Program-made: the position numbers and the translations under genes
Shown: one piece after another, positions 30,858 to 41,352 of the stretch
Layout of the letters: every line of letters starts with the position of its first letter
Numbering within the stretch: position 1 is the first letter of the stretch
The notes under the pieces: model-generated
Seen by the model: only the letters and a program-made list of their open reading frames with translations
The model's database searches: none
What the model was told of the DNA's origin: nothing
Source: Porphyridium purpureum
Lineage: Eukaryota
DNA: 64,000 bases
NCBI GenBank assembly: GCA_008690995.1
Contig: VRMN01000001.1
Coordinates: forward strand, 1,674,001-1,738,000
Direction of reading: 5' to 3'

Positions 30858-32327
30858 ATGAAGCCACGTCCATTCTTGGCGTGGCTACATTCGCAGTTGA
30901 CCTCAAAGAGTTCAGCACCACGCGCGACTGTGATCGCGGCGGCTGTGTGCGTGTCGCTTGTGGTTTTAAGTTTCTTAGGCGTAGCGTTCTCGGTTGTTTT
31001 GGGTGCTGAAAAGCGCGATTCAAAAGTGTCGCCAGAGCTACAGCCTACCAAGGCCGCGCGAATGCTTGGTGTGCTGGAAGTTTCGGATCATGATTTCCGA
31101 GACTCGACCCAGTACAGCCCACTAGTGGTTTCAGAATGTGTCGTTCATATGCCTCAACACTATGCACCGTGTCTGGCCTCGTCGATGCCGTTTGCCGTCG
31201 AGTTTGGCGAGGAGCTGATGTATCCGAGTTTCAGAATAGCAGTGCCAAATTTTGCCGATGATCATTCGCGCATGAGATTCTTCGACCGCATGCGCAGCGA
31301 GAATCTTGTTGAGACAGCATCTGAGCCCTCAGTGCTGCGGGGCGTACTGAATGACCATTCGGTCACAGTTGGTGAGCGCCACGCGCGCAACTTTATTTTG
31401 CGCGATGTGGTCGTGAGTGCGCAAGGCGCGCAGGCGTTGCGTCAGCAGGTATGCAGTGCCGAGAGAATTGACCTGGACGTTTGGCCGACGTACAAGAACA
31501 TTAGTGAAAGTACCATGGAAATTTCAAGAGCAATCATCGCAGCTGACCAGGTGCCACTAAGCTTGTACAATCTTTTGGATCAAAGTACACGTGTTCTTGA
31601 GCAAGTGTGGCATTTGATCAGTCCATCAACACACATCTTGGTTCCTTCGCTCATTGAGAAAGGCAGTGAGGCGGATCAATTGTTCCAACTGCTCGGTATC
31701 GTAGCGAAACCGCTGAGTCAAGATGAAACGGCACGTTTTCATGAGCTCCTCATTTCATGTCAAGAGTCTTTGATACATCCTTTTTTGCTGATCCGGCTCT
31801 CGGAGCGCCTGGGCATTTGGACGAAAGATCAGACACCACCGCAGCCCAAGGTGGTCTTGTACATTGATGCCACTTCACCAGATCCAGGATTCGCCGGGAG
31901 CGAGCGCGTTCTCATCGACGTTTTGGCGGCAACTTTAAAAGGTCGTGGCGAGAATGAGCGATTGGTGCGATGGTCTGACTTGACGCGCAAAATGACATCG
32001 TTGGAGGACCGAATTGCCTTTTTAAGGGATCAAGTCTCAATCATTGTCGGCCCTTCTGGTGATGACATGCGATTCCATCGATTCGCTCGCCGAAGCACTT
32101 TGGTCATCGAGCTCATGTCCGAGGCGCGGATTTCTTTGCGTACATGGGAGGAAGCTCGAATTCTGGAGCAAAACTTTTGGCTCTTCGCGCTTCGCACAGA
32201 CGCAAATGGTCGTATACTATTGCCGGAAACCACGCTACAGAGTCTCTCCAAAATAATCACAGAGCATCTCTTCCAAAGAAGCGTGGCGCCTAGCGGGGCG
32301 TCGAAATTTTACGACTGGCATTTCTGA
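30858..32327 (+). CDS. Type II membrane protein, degenerate glycosyltransferase family 61-like
   Basis: N-terminal TM. C-terminal SLEDRIAF ... IIVGPSG ... STLVIELM resembles the GT61 signature, but the HGA motif is altered. Confidence 0.55.
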   Translation: MKPRPFLAWLHSQLTSKSSAPRATVIAAAVCVSLVVLSFLGVAFSVVLGAEKRDSKVSPELQPTKAARMLGVLEVSDHDFRDSTQYSPLVVSECVVHMPQHYAPCLASSMPFAVEFGEELMYPSFRIAVPNFADDHSRMRFFDRMRSENLVETASEPSVLRGVLNDHSVTVGERHARNFILRDVVVSAQGAQALRQQVCSAERIDLDVWPTYKNISESTMEISRAIIAADQVPLSLYNLLDQSTRVLEQVWHLISPSTHILVPSLIEKGSEADQLFQLLGIVAKPLSQDETARFHELLISCQESLIHPFLLIRLSERLGIWTKDQTPPQPKVVLYIDATSPDPGFAGSERVLIDVLAATLKGRGENERLVRWSDLTRKMTSLEDRIAFLRDQVSIIVGPSGDDMRFHRFARRSTLVIELMSEARISLRTWEEARILEQNFWLFALRTDANGRILLPETTLQSLSKIITEHLFQRSVAPSGASKFYDWHF

Positions 32328-32356
32328 GACCACCGTTATTCAAAGATGCAGGCCGC

Positions 32357-34189
32357 TCACCAAACAGAGAGTCCATCTGGGCACTGAACGGGCGCCCGCT
32401 GTAAGCGTTCGGCTAAATATTTCTCAACTGCGGATGCCCCATGCTCAAGCCTCAAAGCGGATGGCCGTTCAAGGGCTTCTTCAATGGAAGAGCCCTTCCA
32501 TATTTCTTTCGGGAATGTGCTCTGATTGACCGGTCCACCAGAATGCCACAAGAACCCATGAGCTGTCTGAACTGGTGAGCCGCGGCTCAAAATGCAACGA
32601 GCACTTTGAACGCCCTGTACAGCATGCGGCAAAAGGAACGGGAACCGATTGGGGTTGTATCTCACGGCCCAAGGTATACTATTCGCAATAAGTTTGCGAA
32701 CGCTCTTCTCGACTAGGGACGTGTGTTTACCGCCTCGAAAAGATTGCCAAGGGTCTGAGGACCATATCAAGTGATTGGGGGTCAGCATGCCCTTCCGAGC
32801 CATTTCAAATATCCAAGGATACATCGAATTGATCGCGTTCGCTTCAATCACGGATAGCGTTTTCAGCAATTGGAATACTGGCTCATTCACACTAGAGATG
32901 TGGACTCCGCAACCGGGGCCCATGAAGTGGTGCATAATGTGGGCTTGGTGCGTGCGAATGAGACCGTTCCAACTATGCAATACGTCATGCAGCGGTTCGA
33001 CCAACGGCCCCACATCCCAGGCGACATCCAAGTACTCCAATGCAAATGCTTTTGAAGGGACGACACCGGCTTCAGTCCATTCACGCAGAACGTGCTGAAA
33101 CACAAGATCTTTCGGCTCCTGCAGCCGTGACCGCTCATGCCACTCAAAATTGAGCTTGAAGAGGACAGGCATGAGAGCCACGGTCGCCTGCCTTTGCGAA
33201 TGCAAATTTGGTTTTAGCGTGCAGAACTTCAAGTGCTTCAAAGTGTGCGCTAGAGCAATCTCGTCCTCATCGTTTTGAATAGCAAACGCCATGTGTGCCT
33301 GGTCGGCGGCAACTGCCTTGACCTTTTGCGCGAGCGGGTGCCCAGACACCTTGAGCTTGGCGACTGACAAGTGTCGCGGCGCGCGCTCAAAGTCCCAGTC
33401 GGCGACCTGTGACCCGGCTAGGTCTGCTTCGCTACCAAATACGTACAGCATTTTGTCCGCGAACCGGGCCCATCTTTCTGGGTTTGTTGCGATCGAGTCG
33501 CGCAGATAGAATGGCTTTCTGGTTCCTTTCTGTGTCATGGCGCCTTCGTATACGACAAAGACGTCAACGTATTCGTACGTCTCGAGCATGCGGATCTCGA
33601 GGAGGTCGAGATTGTAGCCAACCAAAACAAAATCCACAATAAATGCAGGGCTGGCTCGCCGCTCACCACTCAACGCCAGCTTGTACCGATCATTTTGGCA
33701 CTCCAAAGGGATTTCGTCAGGGTTCTGCTCGATCGCGAGCCCTTCAGCAGGCTCTGCAACCACGTAGGGTTCTATGAGCTCGAGAATCTGTGAAGTGTTG
33801 GCGTCCTCGTCCGGCAAGGTCCCGTGCGGCCATCTCTGCGCATTACTGATGAGAAGATTCACAAACGCCTGAGAATCATACGTCCTCTTTATTGAGGACT
33901 TTTTCTTTGGCTTGCCGCTTGGTCCATGCAAAAGCTTGATAATATCCTTCACCGAAATGCCACGTGCTATCTGCTCTTCTACTGCAGGAGGAATCAAGAC
34001 CGGGAAGACAGACTTGGCGCTGTCGGAGCGCATCCACACCGCTCTTCGGTTCGCATTTGCGCTTCGTATGCATTGGAACAATCCGGTTTCCGTGCAGCCG
34101 GCTGAAAGCGAGGGTGTGAGAAAGTATGCAATCAGAGCAGCATTCAAGAGCACGCCCACGCCCACACACACCGCCACAGTCCAACGCAT
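32357..34189 (-). CDS. Glycosyltransferase family 17 (MGAT3-like) type II membrane protein
   Basis: N-terminal TM, IVDFVLVGYNLDLLEIRMLETYEYVDVFVVYEG ... TQKGTRKP, and DxD-type NDEDEI. Confidence 0.82.
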   Translation of the reverse strand: MRWTVAVCVGVGVLLNAALIAYFLTPSLSAGCTETGLFQCIRSANANRRAVWMRSDSAKSVFPVLIPPAVEEQIARGISVKDIIKLLHGPSGKPKKKSSIKRTYDSQAFVNLLISNAQRWPHGTLPDEDANTSQILELIEPYVVAEPAEGLAIEQNPDEIPLECQNDRYKLALSGERRASPAFIVDFVLVGYNLDLLEIRMLETYEYVDVFVVYEGAMTQKGTRKPFYLRDSIATNPERWARFADKMLYVFGSEADLAGSQVADWDFERAPRHLSVAKLKVSGHPLAQKVKAVAADQAHMAFAIQNDEDEIALAHTLKHLKFCTLKPNLHSQRQATVALMPVLFKLNFEWHERSRLQEPKDLVFQHVLREWTEAGVVPSKAFALEYLDVAWDVGPLVEPLHDVLHSWNGLIRTHQAHIMHHFMGPGCGVHISSVNEPVFQLLKTLSVIEANAINSMYPWIFEMARKGMLTPNHLIWSSDPWQSFRGGKHTSLVEKSVRKLIANSIPWAVRYNPNRFPFLLPHAVQGVQSARCILSRGSPVQTAHGFLWHSGGPVNQSTFPKEIWKGSSIEEALERPSALRLEHGASAVEKYLAERLQRAPVQCPDGLSVW

Positions 34190-34312
34190 GGCTTGCGTTC
34201 CAGTGTTGCTGCGTTCCAACGCCTCGCGTTTCTTTAATCAATCAATCGTCACTAAATGGCTAAAGTGGCAGAACCGTTTGCGAAATTCGGAGCAGAAAGC
34301 CGTTGTTGTCTC

Positions 34313-36349
34313 TCAGGAGCTGGCTTGACAGACGATGGGGTACGGATTCTCGGGAACGATAAGAAGAGGGTGCGCCTCTGTGTTCAGCACAAATACATTA
34401 CTGAGTGGGTTCATGAAGTCGCGGTCTTCGCTGAACAGTAGGTACAAGTACTTGAACGTCTCGGCCAGAACCCACGTGTCTTGCGGGCCGCTCTGATGGC
34501 CCGCCGCAGACCCATGCACAGTTGAAAGCCCGGCATATCCGCCTGCATCTACGCGAAAGCCTTCCTCCATTGCTTGGTAAATGCGCCGCCCCTCTGCGCG
34601 GAACGTTTCACGCTCGTCCCAAAAGACACGCGACAGAACAAATAAGGATTCCACGTGTTCCGGCCACGGACAGGAGAAAGATTCAGCTACGCGCACAACA
34701 TCTCCGCGGACGTTCACACTGTTCGGGGCCAGGTGCGCGCTGAAGAGCGTGTACATGGAACTGCACATGTTCAATACTTTTCGCGCAGCTGTCATGTGCG
34801 ATTCAGACGCGTTCTCGCCCCGATCACGATCAAGTCCGTATCCAAGCGCAAACATTCCAGGCAGGAAACATCCAAGATGAAACCAAGTCGACGACGGCCG
34901 AAAGTGTGGCCCTCTCTTGTAGCTTTCGCTCGGAGCCGTTGGCGTGGAAGTGTCGTTGAGCTGAACGCCTTGCTTCAGCAGTCGTACAAGACTGTAGCCT
35001 ACCGTGTCAGCAATGTACGAACGCTTTTCATCCAGTGAGACTGAGTGTTCTCGAATCATGCTGTCTGCCGCGCGCATGTACATTTCCCTCAATACAGACT
35101 CAGCCATCCCGGTCTGCACCCACATTTTCAAAAGATACTCGTACCATGAGTCGCCATTCGGTCCAAACACGATATCACCGCGCATCGCTTCAGAGTGGGC
35201 CGAAACGTCACCTCGATACAAGCCGTTGAGCTCGCGAGTTTTTTGGGCCAAGCAAATCACGCGATTCGCAACCGCAGCAAACCGCTCTTCCCCGGTGACC
35301 TGAGCGAGAAACCTAAACTCCATCACCATGGCTTCAGCCACGACAGCGTTGTCACCACTCACCTCCCCTGAGTGTAGGTTGACATACTTGTACGGCCAGC
35401 CTGAATGCGACTTTTCGAGGGCCGGAAGAAGGCGGTAACCTACTTCTTTCGCTTTTTCGAGAAAGACGGTGTCTCCACCGGTCACCGTGTACGCGCCAAG
35501 CAAGCCGCCGAGTATTCGAATCACGTTTTCAAAAAATTGCACGCTGACGTCCTTATCCAGCACGAGTTCATTCAAAATAAAGTGTCGCGCTTTCTCGAAC
35601 TCATCGTGCATGCCAACCAGATACAGTGTGTCAATGGCATCAATTATACTCGCCGCCTGTCCACCAAATGTTTTGGAATTTGAACCTTTCTTTTCCAAGG
35701 GCAACAAAAGATCCATACCCCATGCCATCGATGCGTAGGAATTCCACGCAAAGCGAATCATGCCACGAATCTTTTCCTGATCCTCTGTTTCCGCAGTCAT
35801 CTGCCGAAACGGTCGAGAGCGGTCAAGGTCGGGCTTCCAAGCGCTTTCCTCAGAAGGAGACCGATTTCTTTCTGTGCGGCCTGCTCCCGTTTCTCTGTCA
35901 TGAAGATTCCGTGCTGAGTCCTCTGCCTCCCGGGAGCGCGAGTTTGCGGTGCCGGGCTCTAGCTTTTCCTTTCCCGCATCCCTAAGCGTCGCTGACTGGA
36001 CGACCTCGTCAGATCCGCGCGATTGCAAACGCGAGCCATCATCGTACCCGATGTTGAAACCACGGACAGGAAGATCCCTTTTCCTGCGGCTCTCCTCGAT
36101 GCGCGCTGGATTCACAGTCGCAGCGTCCGACTGGGTGCGGGTACCTACCGCATGACCGTTGAGTAGACTATCCGGACGCCCCCATTTTAGATTCAACAGC
36201 AGGAGCAACACCGCCAAGGACGTCACGACCAGCGCGGCGGTCACAACGGCGCGAGAGCGATACCCGATACTGCTTCCCAACGTGAACCACGTGCCCCTCA
36301 CATACTTCTTCACGCTTCCTAGCCGAACATCGCCGTACAGCATACTCAT
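34313..36349 (-). CDS. Class I alpha-1,2-mannosidase (GH47), type II membrane
   Basis: AWNSYASMAWGMD, IIDAIDTL, FENVIRILGGLL, DSWYEYLLK, HLGCF, AETFKYLYLLF and NTEAHP. Confidence 0.93.
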   Translation of the reverse strand: MSMLYGDVRLGSVKKYVRGTWFTLGSSIGYRSRAVVTAALVVTSLAVLLLLLNLKWGRPDSLLNGHAVGTRTQSDAATVNPARIEESRRKRDLPVRGFNIGYDDGSRLQSRGSDEVVQSATLRDAGKEKLEPGTANSRSREAEDSARNLHDRETGAGRTERNRSPSEESAWKPDLDRSRPFRQMTAETEDQEKIRGMIRFAWNSYASMAWGMDLLLPLEKKGSNSKTFGGQAASIIDAIDTLYLVGMHDEFEKARHFILNELVLDKDVSVQFFENVIRILGGLLGAYTVTGGDTVFLEKAKEVGYRLLPALEKSHSGWPYKYVNLHSGEVSGDNAVVAEAMVMEFRFLAQVTGEERFAAVANRVICLAQKTRELNGLYRGDVSAHSEAMRGDIVFGPNGDSWYEYLLKMWVQTGMAESVLREMYMRAADSMIREHSVSLDEKRSYIADTVGYSLVRLLKQGVQLNDTSTPTAPSESYKRGPHFRPSSTWFHLGCFLPGMFALGYGLDRDRGENASESHMTAARKVLNMCSSMYTLFSAHLAPNSVNVRGDVVRVAESFSCPWPEHVESLFVLSRVFWDERETFRAEGRRIYQAMEEGFRVDAGGYAGLSTVHGSAAGHQSGPQDTWVLAETFKYLYLLFSEDRDFMNPLSNVFVLNTEAHPLLIVPENPYPIVCQASS

Positions 36350-36705
36350 CGTGACCGAGGTCAGGCACAAGCCGTCAAATATCTCGGTCCATCCAGTACG
36401 CGCGAAGCACGCCAGTCGGCCTATCTTCCTTCTCGTCTCTGATCCACCACATGGACCGGTGCCGAGCAGGGCACGTGCATCGATGAGAGATATCCTGGCG
36501 CTTCCAAACCTCCTCGTCACAAGCGATGCTCACGTCGGGTTGAAGGCTGCGCGCAGCTCCTAAGCTTTGCTTTCTATCTCGGGCTGCAGCATGACCAGGC
36601 ACACCTGCCCCCAAAATCGGCTCGCTCGATACCAAGCGGTACAGTGCAACGCTCTCTCAGAGTGTACCTGATGTAAGCACGCTCATCTGTCACCGATTGG
36701 GTGGG

Positions 36706-36833
36706 TGTACAGCTTATGTACAGCTTATGTACAGCTTATGTACAGCTTGTGTACAGCTTGTGTACAGCTTGTGTACAGCTTGTGTACAGCTTGTGTACAG
36801 CTTGTGTACAGCTTGTGTACAGCTTGTGTACAG
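36706..36833 (+). repeat. 11-bp minisatellite (TGTACAGCTTR): 11 full units plus a partial one
   Basis: Three TGTACAGCTTA units, then eight TGTACAGCTTG units, then TGTACAG. Located in a divergent promoter. Confidence 0.97.
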
Positions 36834-37005
36834 TGCTTATTTGAGAGGAAGGCTGTTTTAGTAGGGACGGTGGGAGGGGGGGAAGGGAGAGGGAGAGGGC
36901 GACGTGCGTGGGTGGCGACGTGCACACATGAGAGGGAGACGGCAGGACGCGAAAGGCAAAGTGGGAGGCTGGGAGAGGGAGTGTGGCGTTAGGTGGAAGG
37001 GGGCA

Positions 37006-38439
37006 ATGGAAGGGGCGCTAGGGTGTGGCTCATCCGGGCAGGAGCAGGCAGATGAGGCAGCACAGGTCGTGCGCGCGCAGGAGCTGACCGCGTCGCCGGA
37101 CGTGACCGCGCTCAAGCTGCATGACGCGCCGGCACTGGCTGCCAGAAAGGGCACCGAAAAAAGTCAGAACGGCAGTGGGCCCGCGAGTGCTGCTGCTGCC
37201 GCCGCTGCTGTACTGCCGGTGTCGAATAATAGCAGTGGTAACTCGTCCCGCTGCACGCTGGTGCTGCGCAATGTGCATTTTCAGGCTGATGAGGCCGAGA
37301 TTAGAGCGATGCTGGACGCCTTGGGCGACGGCGCTCTGCAGCAAAAGTACAAGAGTGTGCATATGCACAAGGACACGCATTCGAAAAAATTTGCTGGGAC
37401 CGTGTTTATAGAGTACTTTGCGGAGCAGGACGCAGCGGCCGCCATCAAGCTTCTTGAAGGCATGTCGATACGGGATCGCGTGGTCCGTGTTGAGCCCTAC
37501 AGGAAACCAGACAAGCGCTCAGTGCCTTTGGATCGCGATTCAATGGCTCAGCCGGCCGCGAGCCCAGTGTCCTCGGGAGACAAGCGACGTGACTTCTTCG
37601 AGACTCGCAAATCTGGAAGCGCTTCCGCATCGAGGAATTCGAGCCTCCCTGGGAATCACGCGACCGCAAGCCTCGTCGGCGGGCCCGCTGGTGAAGCAAA
37701 CCAGGAGACAGCGTACGTTGGCGGAGGTGGCTTCCAGAATGACGTCTTTGACAAGGATGCTTCCGAGCGTTTTGACGCGCTGGTGGCCAACATGCGCAAC
37801 CAGATCGAACAATTCAAGTCAGATCCGGATGGAAGCATGCATTTGCAGCTGCCCCCAGACTTAAACGCCGTCGAGAGATTGGTGGTGCACACGCTTGCCC
37901 ATGGGCTGGAGTTGGGGCATCGCAGCTTTGACGTGAAAACAAAGGACGGGAAGGAAGGCACAGGCTCGAAGAAAGCGGCCGTCCGACAGCTGGTCATTAC
38001 GAAAGATCCCGGCGAGATCAAAGAGTGGGAAGAAATCAGACCATACTCGGGTCCCGATGAAGAATCTGGCTTGCTGCTTGCGCGCAAACGTTACATGGAG
38101 ATGGAAGTGAAGAAGCTGAAGCGGCAACAGGCGCAGAAGGCTCAGCAGGCTCAAAAGGCGGCGCGTGGCGATCTCGCTCAGATGGATCAAGCAGACGTAG
38201 AAAAGTTCGAGTCGCTGAATAAGTATACTCCCAAAAGCCAGCGAGCGAGCAAGGCCGCGAATGGCGAAGCTGAAGGAGTGATGAGTCCCGCGGCGGGCGC
38301 CGCGAGTGGCGTTTGGAGTCAGCTGCCTCAGTACATTGCGAAGGGAAAGCCACGCGGACCCGACGGTACACGAGGCTTCACGGCGCGAACGCGAGCTCAG
38401 GTGCCGAACACCAGTCCCGATCCAGAGATGGCCACGTAG
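37006..38439 (+). CDS. RRM + R3H RNA-binding protein
   Basis: RRM (TLVLRNVHF, FAGTVFIEY), R3H (LNAVERLVVHTLAHGLELGHRS) and C-terminal PRGPDGTRGF. Confidence 0.85.
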   Translation: MEGALGCGSSGQEQADEAAQVVRAQELTASPDVTALKLHDAPALAARKGTEKSQNGSGPASAAAAAAAVLPVSNNSSGNSSRCTLVLRNVHFQADEAEIRAMLDALGDGALQQKYKSVHMHKDTHSKKFAGTVFIEYFAEQDAAAAIKLLEGMSIRDRVVRVEPYRKPDKRSVPLDRDSMAQPAASPVSSGDKRRDFFETRKSGSASASRNSSLPGNHATASLVGGPAGEANQETAYVGGGGFQNDVFDKDASERFDALVANMRNQIEQFKSDPDGSMHLQLPPDLNAVERLVVHTLAHGLELGHRSFDVKTKDGKEGTGSKKAAVRQLVITKDPGEIKEWEEIRPYSGPDEESGLLLARKRYMEMEVKKLKRQQAQKAQQAQKAARGDLAQMDQADVEKFESLNKYTPKSQRASKAANGEAEGVMSPAAGAASGVWSQLPQYIAKGKPRGPDGTRGFTARTRAQVPNTSPDPEMAT

Positions 38440-39365
38440 CAAGAACACACAAGTATCCCGTTCCAACCAATAACTGCCTCCCCGCTCTAAAATTGACCAT
38501 TTCACCTGAATCTTTCAGCAGCTTTTGAGATAGATTCGCATGAGTCTCCGTAATCATTGTCGGGGCGGACGCTGCAATCCCAGCACGCTGCAGATTCAAT
38601 GCTTACACGAGTGGGATGTGCTCGCCATCTGGAGAAGCAGAGGTACGTGTTTTGAGTTCGCTATATTATCAGTACAAAGTACATGCCACCAGCAAATAGA
38701 TCGCGTCGCCACAGGCGCTACCGCCCACAAACTACGACATCCACAATATCGGCGTGAAGGCTCCAGAACGGGTCGAGCGGTTCATCGACACTTTGCTGAA
38801 GGTCGCGGCGCCCGGTGCGACACACGGCCAAGGTTTCAAAAAGTTTTGTGGAACACAAATGGTTGAACGTTCTGTTTGCACAGCCTTTCTAAATTTAAAA
38901 GCAGCACACAAACACGACCGCGCAGTCTTCATGGTACGTGCCAGAGCTGCGGCCTCAGGATTCCGTGATTGTTTGGCGGCAGTGGTCTTTTACCCGTTGC
39001 TGTTTCCCTAATTCACTCCGGGGCGCAGCACTACAATGCGGCAAATGTGCTAGGAGCCAGTACGCTCTTTTCTCACAGGCGAGGTATCTCCTGCGGCGAC
39101 CCATATTGTGAGAGAGCGCCGTTGTTGCCGGCTCGAGCCCTGAAGTTACCCCGTAGCCATGAGGAAGCGGTTTCTGTGGGAAACCGTTAAGCCGATACGT
39201 CGGGAACAGAAACGGTTTACTTTGCGAAACCGTTTAACCATTTACCGGTTCTTCTTGCGGAGTTTAGCGGGCGTGCTTGAGGAGAAATGAATGTGACAGG
39301 GGGAGAAACAGGTGACGGTAGCGGAGTGAGGAAGGAGGGACTTGGATGGATGATGATGGACAAAG

Positions 39366-40913
39366 ATGGTGCGCGTGGTTCTGGTGGGAGGCGGCCATGC
39401 GCATATGATGATAATTCGGCGGGAATTGAGCCGCGTGAGCCGGTATCGCCTGTGGAAACGTGGCTATGGGCGTGGATGGGAAAACGACGCAAAGCTACGT
39501 GAGCTGGAGTTGTTGCTCATCACCAACCGCCCTGAGTCTGTGTACAGCGGCATGACTCCGGGCGTTGTAGCAGGGCGCTACGAATATGAGGAAGCTGCGG
39601 TCGATGTCCGTAGCGTGTGCGCGCGAGCCGGATGGACCGTGCTGATTGCGAGCGTACAGGCGATCTCGAGCAGCGAGCGCATTGTTCGGGTCTACGACAA
39701 ACAAAAGGATGTGCATTTGGAAATTCCGTATGATATTCTGTCGATCAATATCGGCTCGGAAGCCAAATTGCCGCACGCCTCGTTTCTGCTCGGTGCGCAG
39801 GCTGGTGCCGCCGTTGTCATGACACGCCCGATTGCTGAGCTCGAGCCGTTTGTTCGACGCTTCTTCGAGGCGCAGGCACAGGCACAGGCGCAAGTGCAAG
39901 TGCAAACCGAATCACTCGCGGCTTCCGCAAGTGAGAATCAAACCATCAACGTCTGTGTCGTGGGCGGCGGAATGGCGGCCCTAGAGCTTGCCTTTGCGCT
40001 ACGACAGCGCGCATGCCAGTATGCGCCGCAAATGCACAACGTCTTGGTGCAGCTTATCGACGCTAAGATGCCCGAAAAATCTGCGCTCTACACCATGATC
40101 GAACATGAACTCGCGGCCAGAGGCATTGAGCATCGTCGAAACGTACGCGCTGAACGGCTGCAACTGCCGCACGCTGGGACGCCCGACCAGCAGCTCAGCG
40201 TGATCCTATCAGACGGCAGCGCACTTCCTGCCCACCTTGTTGTCCTGGGCACGGGTGCTGCCGCCGCGGCGTGGTTAAAAACCAATACGGATCTTGCGCT
40301 GGACGCTCAGGGGTATGTCCTTGTCAACCAGAAGCTTCAAAGCGTTTCCGCACCAGCCGTGTTTGCAGTTGGTGATTGCTGCGGTTTTGGGCAGCTGTTT
40401 GGTGATGACTCATTTCCGCCTAAAGCAGGCGTATTTTCTGTGCGAGAAGCTCATGTCCTGGCAGAGAATATCGCTTCGCTTGCGGCCTGCTTGGCAGCAG
40501 GCAATGCGCCTCTTGCAGCAGATTTGAAAGAGTACACTCCGCAGCGCGAATTCCTGCAACTTGTTTCGCTTGGTGACGGACATGCGATTGGGTCCAAGTT
40601 CGGCTTGGCCTTTTCTGGTGCTTGGGTGTGGTGGTTAAAACATCATCTCGACACCAGCTGGATGCAGCAAGTGACAGGATCTAACAAACATGCGGCTCCG
40701 TCCCGCAACGTGACGCCATTTGGCGGCTCGCCGGCAGAGGCTGCAGCGTATCTCATGAGCCGACACAGCTCGCGGGACTCGTTCAGTGTTCAACTTGGTG
40801 TACTCCAACGCATGGAGACCGACGACGCTTTTTGCAATGAGGTGAGGGTCGTATGCCGTCGAAGTACGAAAGAGCTTTATGGTATCGAAGAGGGAAGCGC
40901 CTCCTCTGCGTAG
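39366..40913 (+). CDS. FAD-dependent pyridine nucleotide-disulfide oxidoreductase of the type found N-terminal to SelD
   Basis: VVLVGGGHAH, YSGMTPG, VVGGGMAALELAF, VFAVGDC, PKAGVFSVRE, YTPQREFL and VWWLKHHLD. Confidence 0.85.
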   Translation: MVRVVLVGGGHAHMMIIRRELSRVSRYRLWKRGYGRGWENDAKLRELELLLITNRPESVYSGMTPGVVAGRYEYEEAAVDVRSVCARAGWTVLIASVQAISSSERIVRVYDKQKDVHLEIPYDILSINIGSEAKLPHASFLLGAQAGAAVVMTRPIAELEPFVRRFFEAQAQAQAQVQVQTESLAASASENQTINVCVVGGGMAALELAFALRQRACQYAPQMHNVLVQLIDAKMPEKSALYTMIEHELAARGIEHRRNVRAERLQLPHAGTPDQQLSVILSDGSALPAHLVVLGTGAAAAAWLKTNTDLALDAQGYVLVNQKLQSVSAPAVFAVGDCCGFGQLFGDDSFPPKAGVFSVREAHVLAENIASLAACLAAGNAPLAADLKEYTPQREFLQLVSLGDGHAIGSKFGLAFSGAWVWWLKHHLDTSWMQQVTGSNKHAAPSRNVTPFGGSPAEAAAYLMSRHSSRDSFSVQLGVLQRMETDDAFCNEVRVVCRRSTKELYGIEEGSASSA

Positions 40914-41352
40914 CCTTGAAGATTTTGGCGGCTGTCAAAGGCTAGTCCGCAACTACGACTGGGCAATCAAAAGGATCATCTGTCCCTCCAACGACAGATC
41001 TAATGCAGCTAGTTTGCACCCCAAAGCCATTGAGAAAGCTCATGGATAGACAAAGTCGAAATAAGAATGGGAGCCACACAGATGCTCAACCATCCGAAAG
41101 AGCAGCGCCTGTTTTCGGGAATTAGCGGAGCATGGGGGCTTCCTTCCTACATCGCCAGCATCCGTAGTATCATTCCTTTTTGCCGCTGAAGACCAGACCA
41201 GGAGCGCTGCTGCGTAGGCGAGATGGCCCCAGCGGCCAAACTGGCGCAACCCATGTAAATTATTTGCAGATCCGTATGAATTTCTTAATAGCTCACATGG
41301 GCTCTGTTCTGTTTTGTCGATGCCTCAGCCATCTGCCTTGCCGGCAATCTCC

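Noticed and set aside
36706..36833. CRISPR array or telomeric repeat
   Set aside because: Contiguous 11-bp units with no spacers, no cas genes, and an internal intergenic position. It is a minisatellite.
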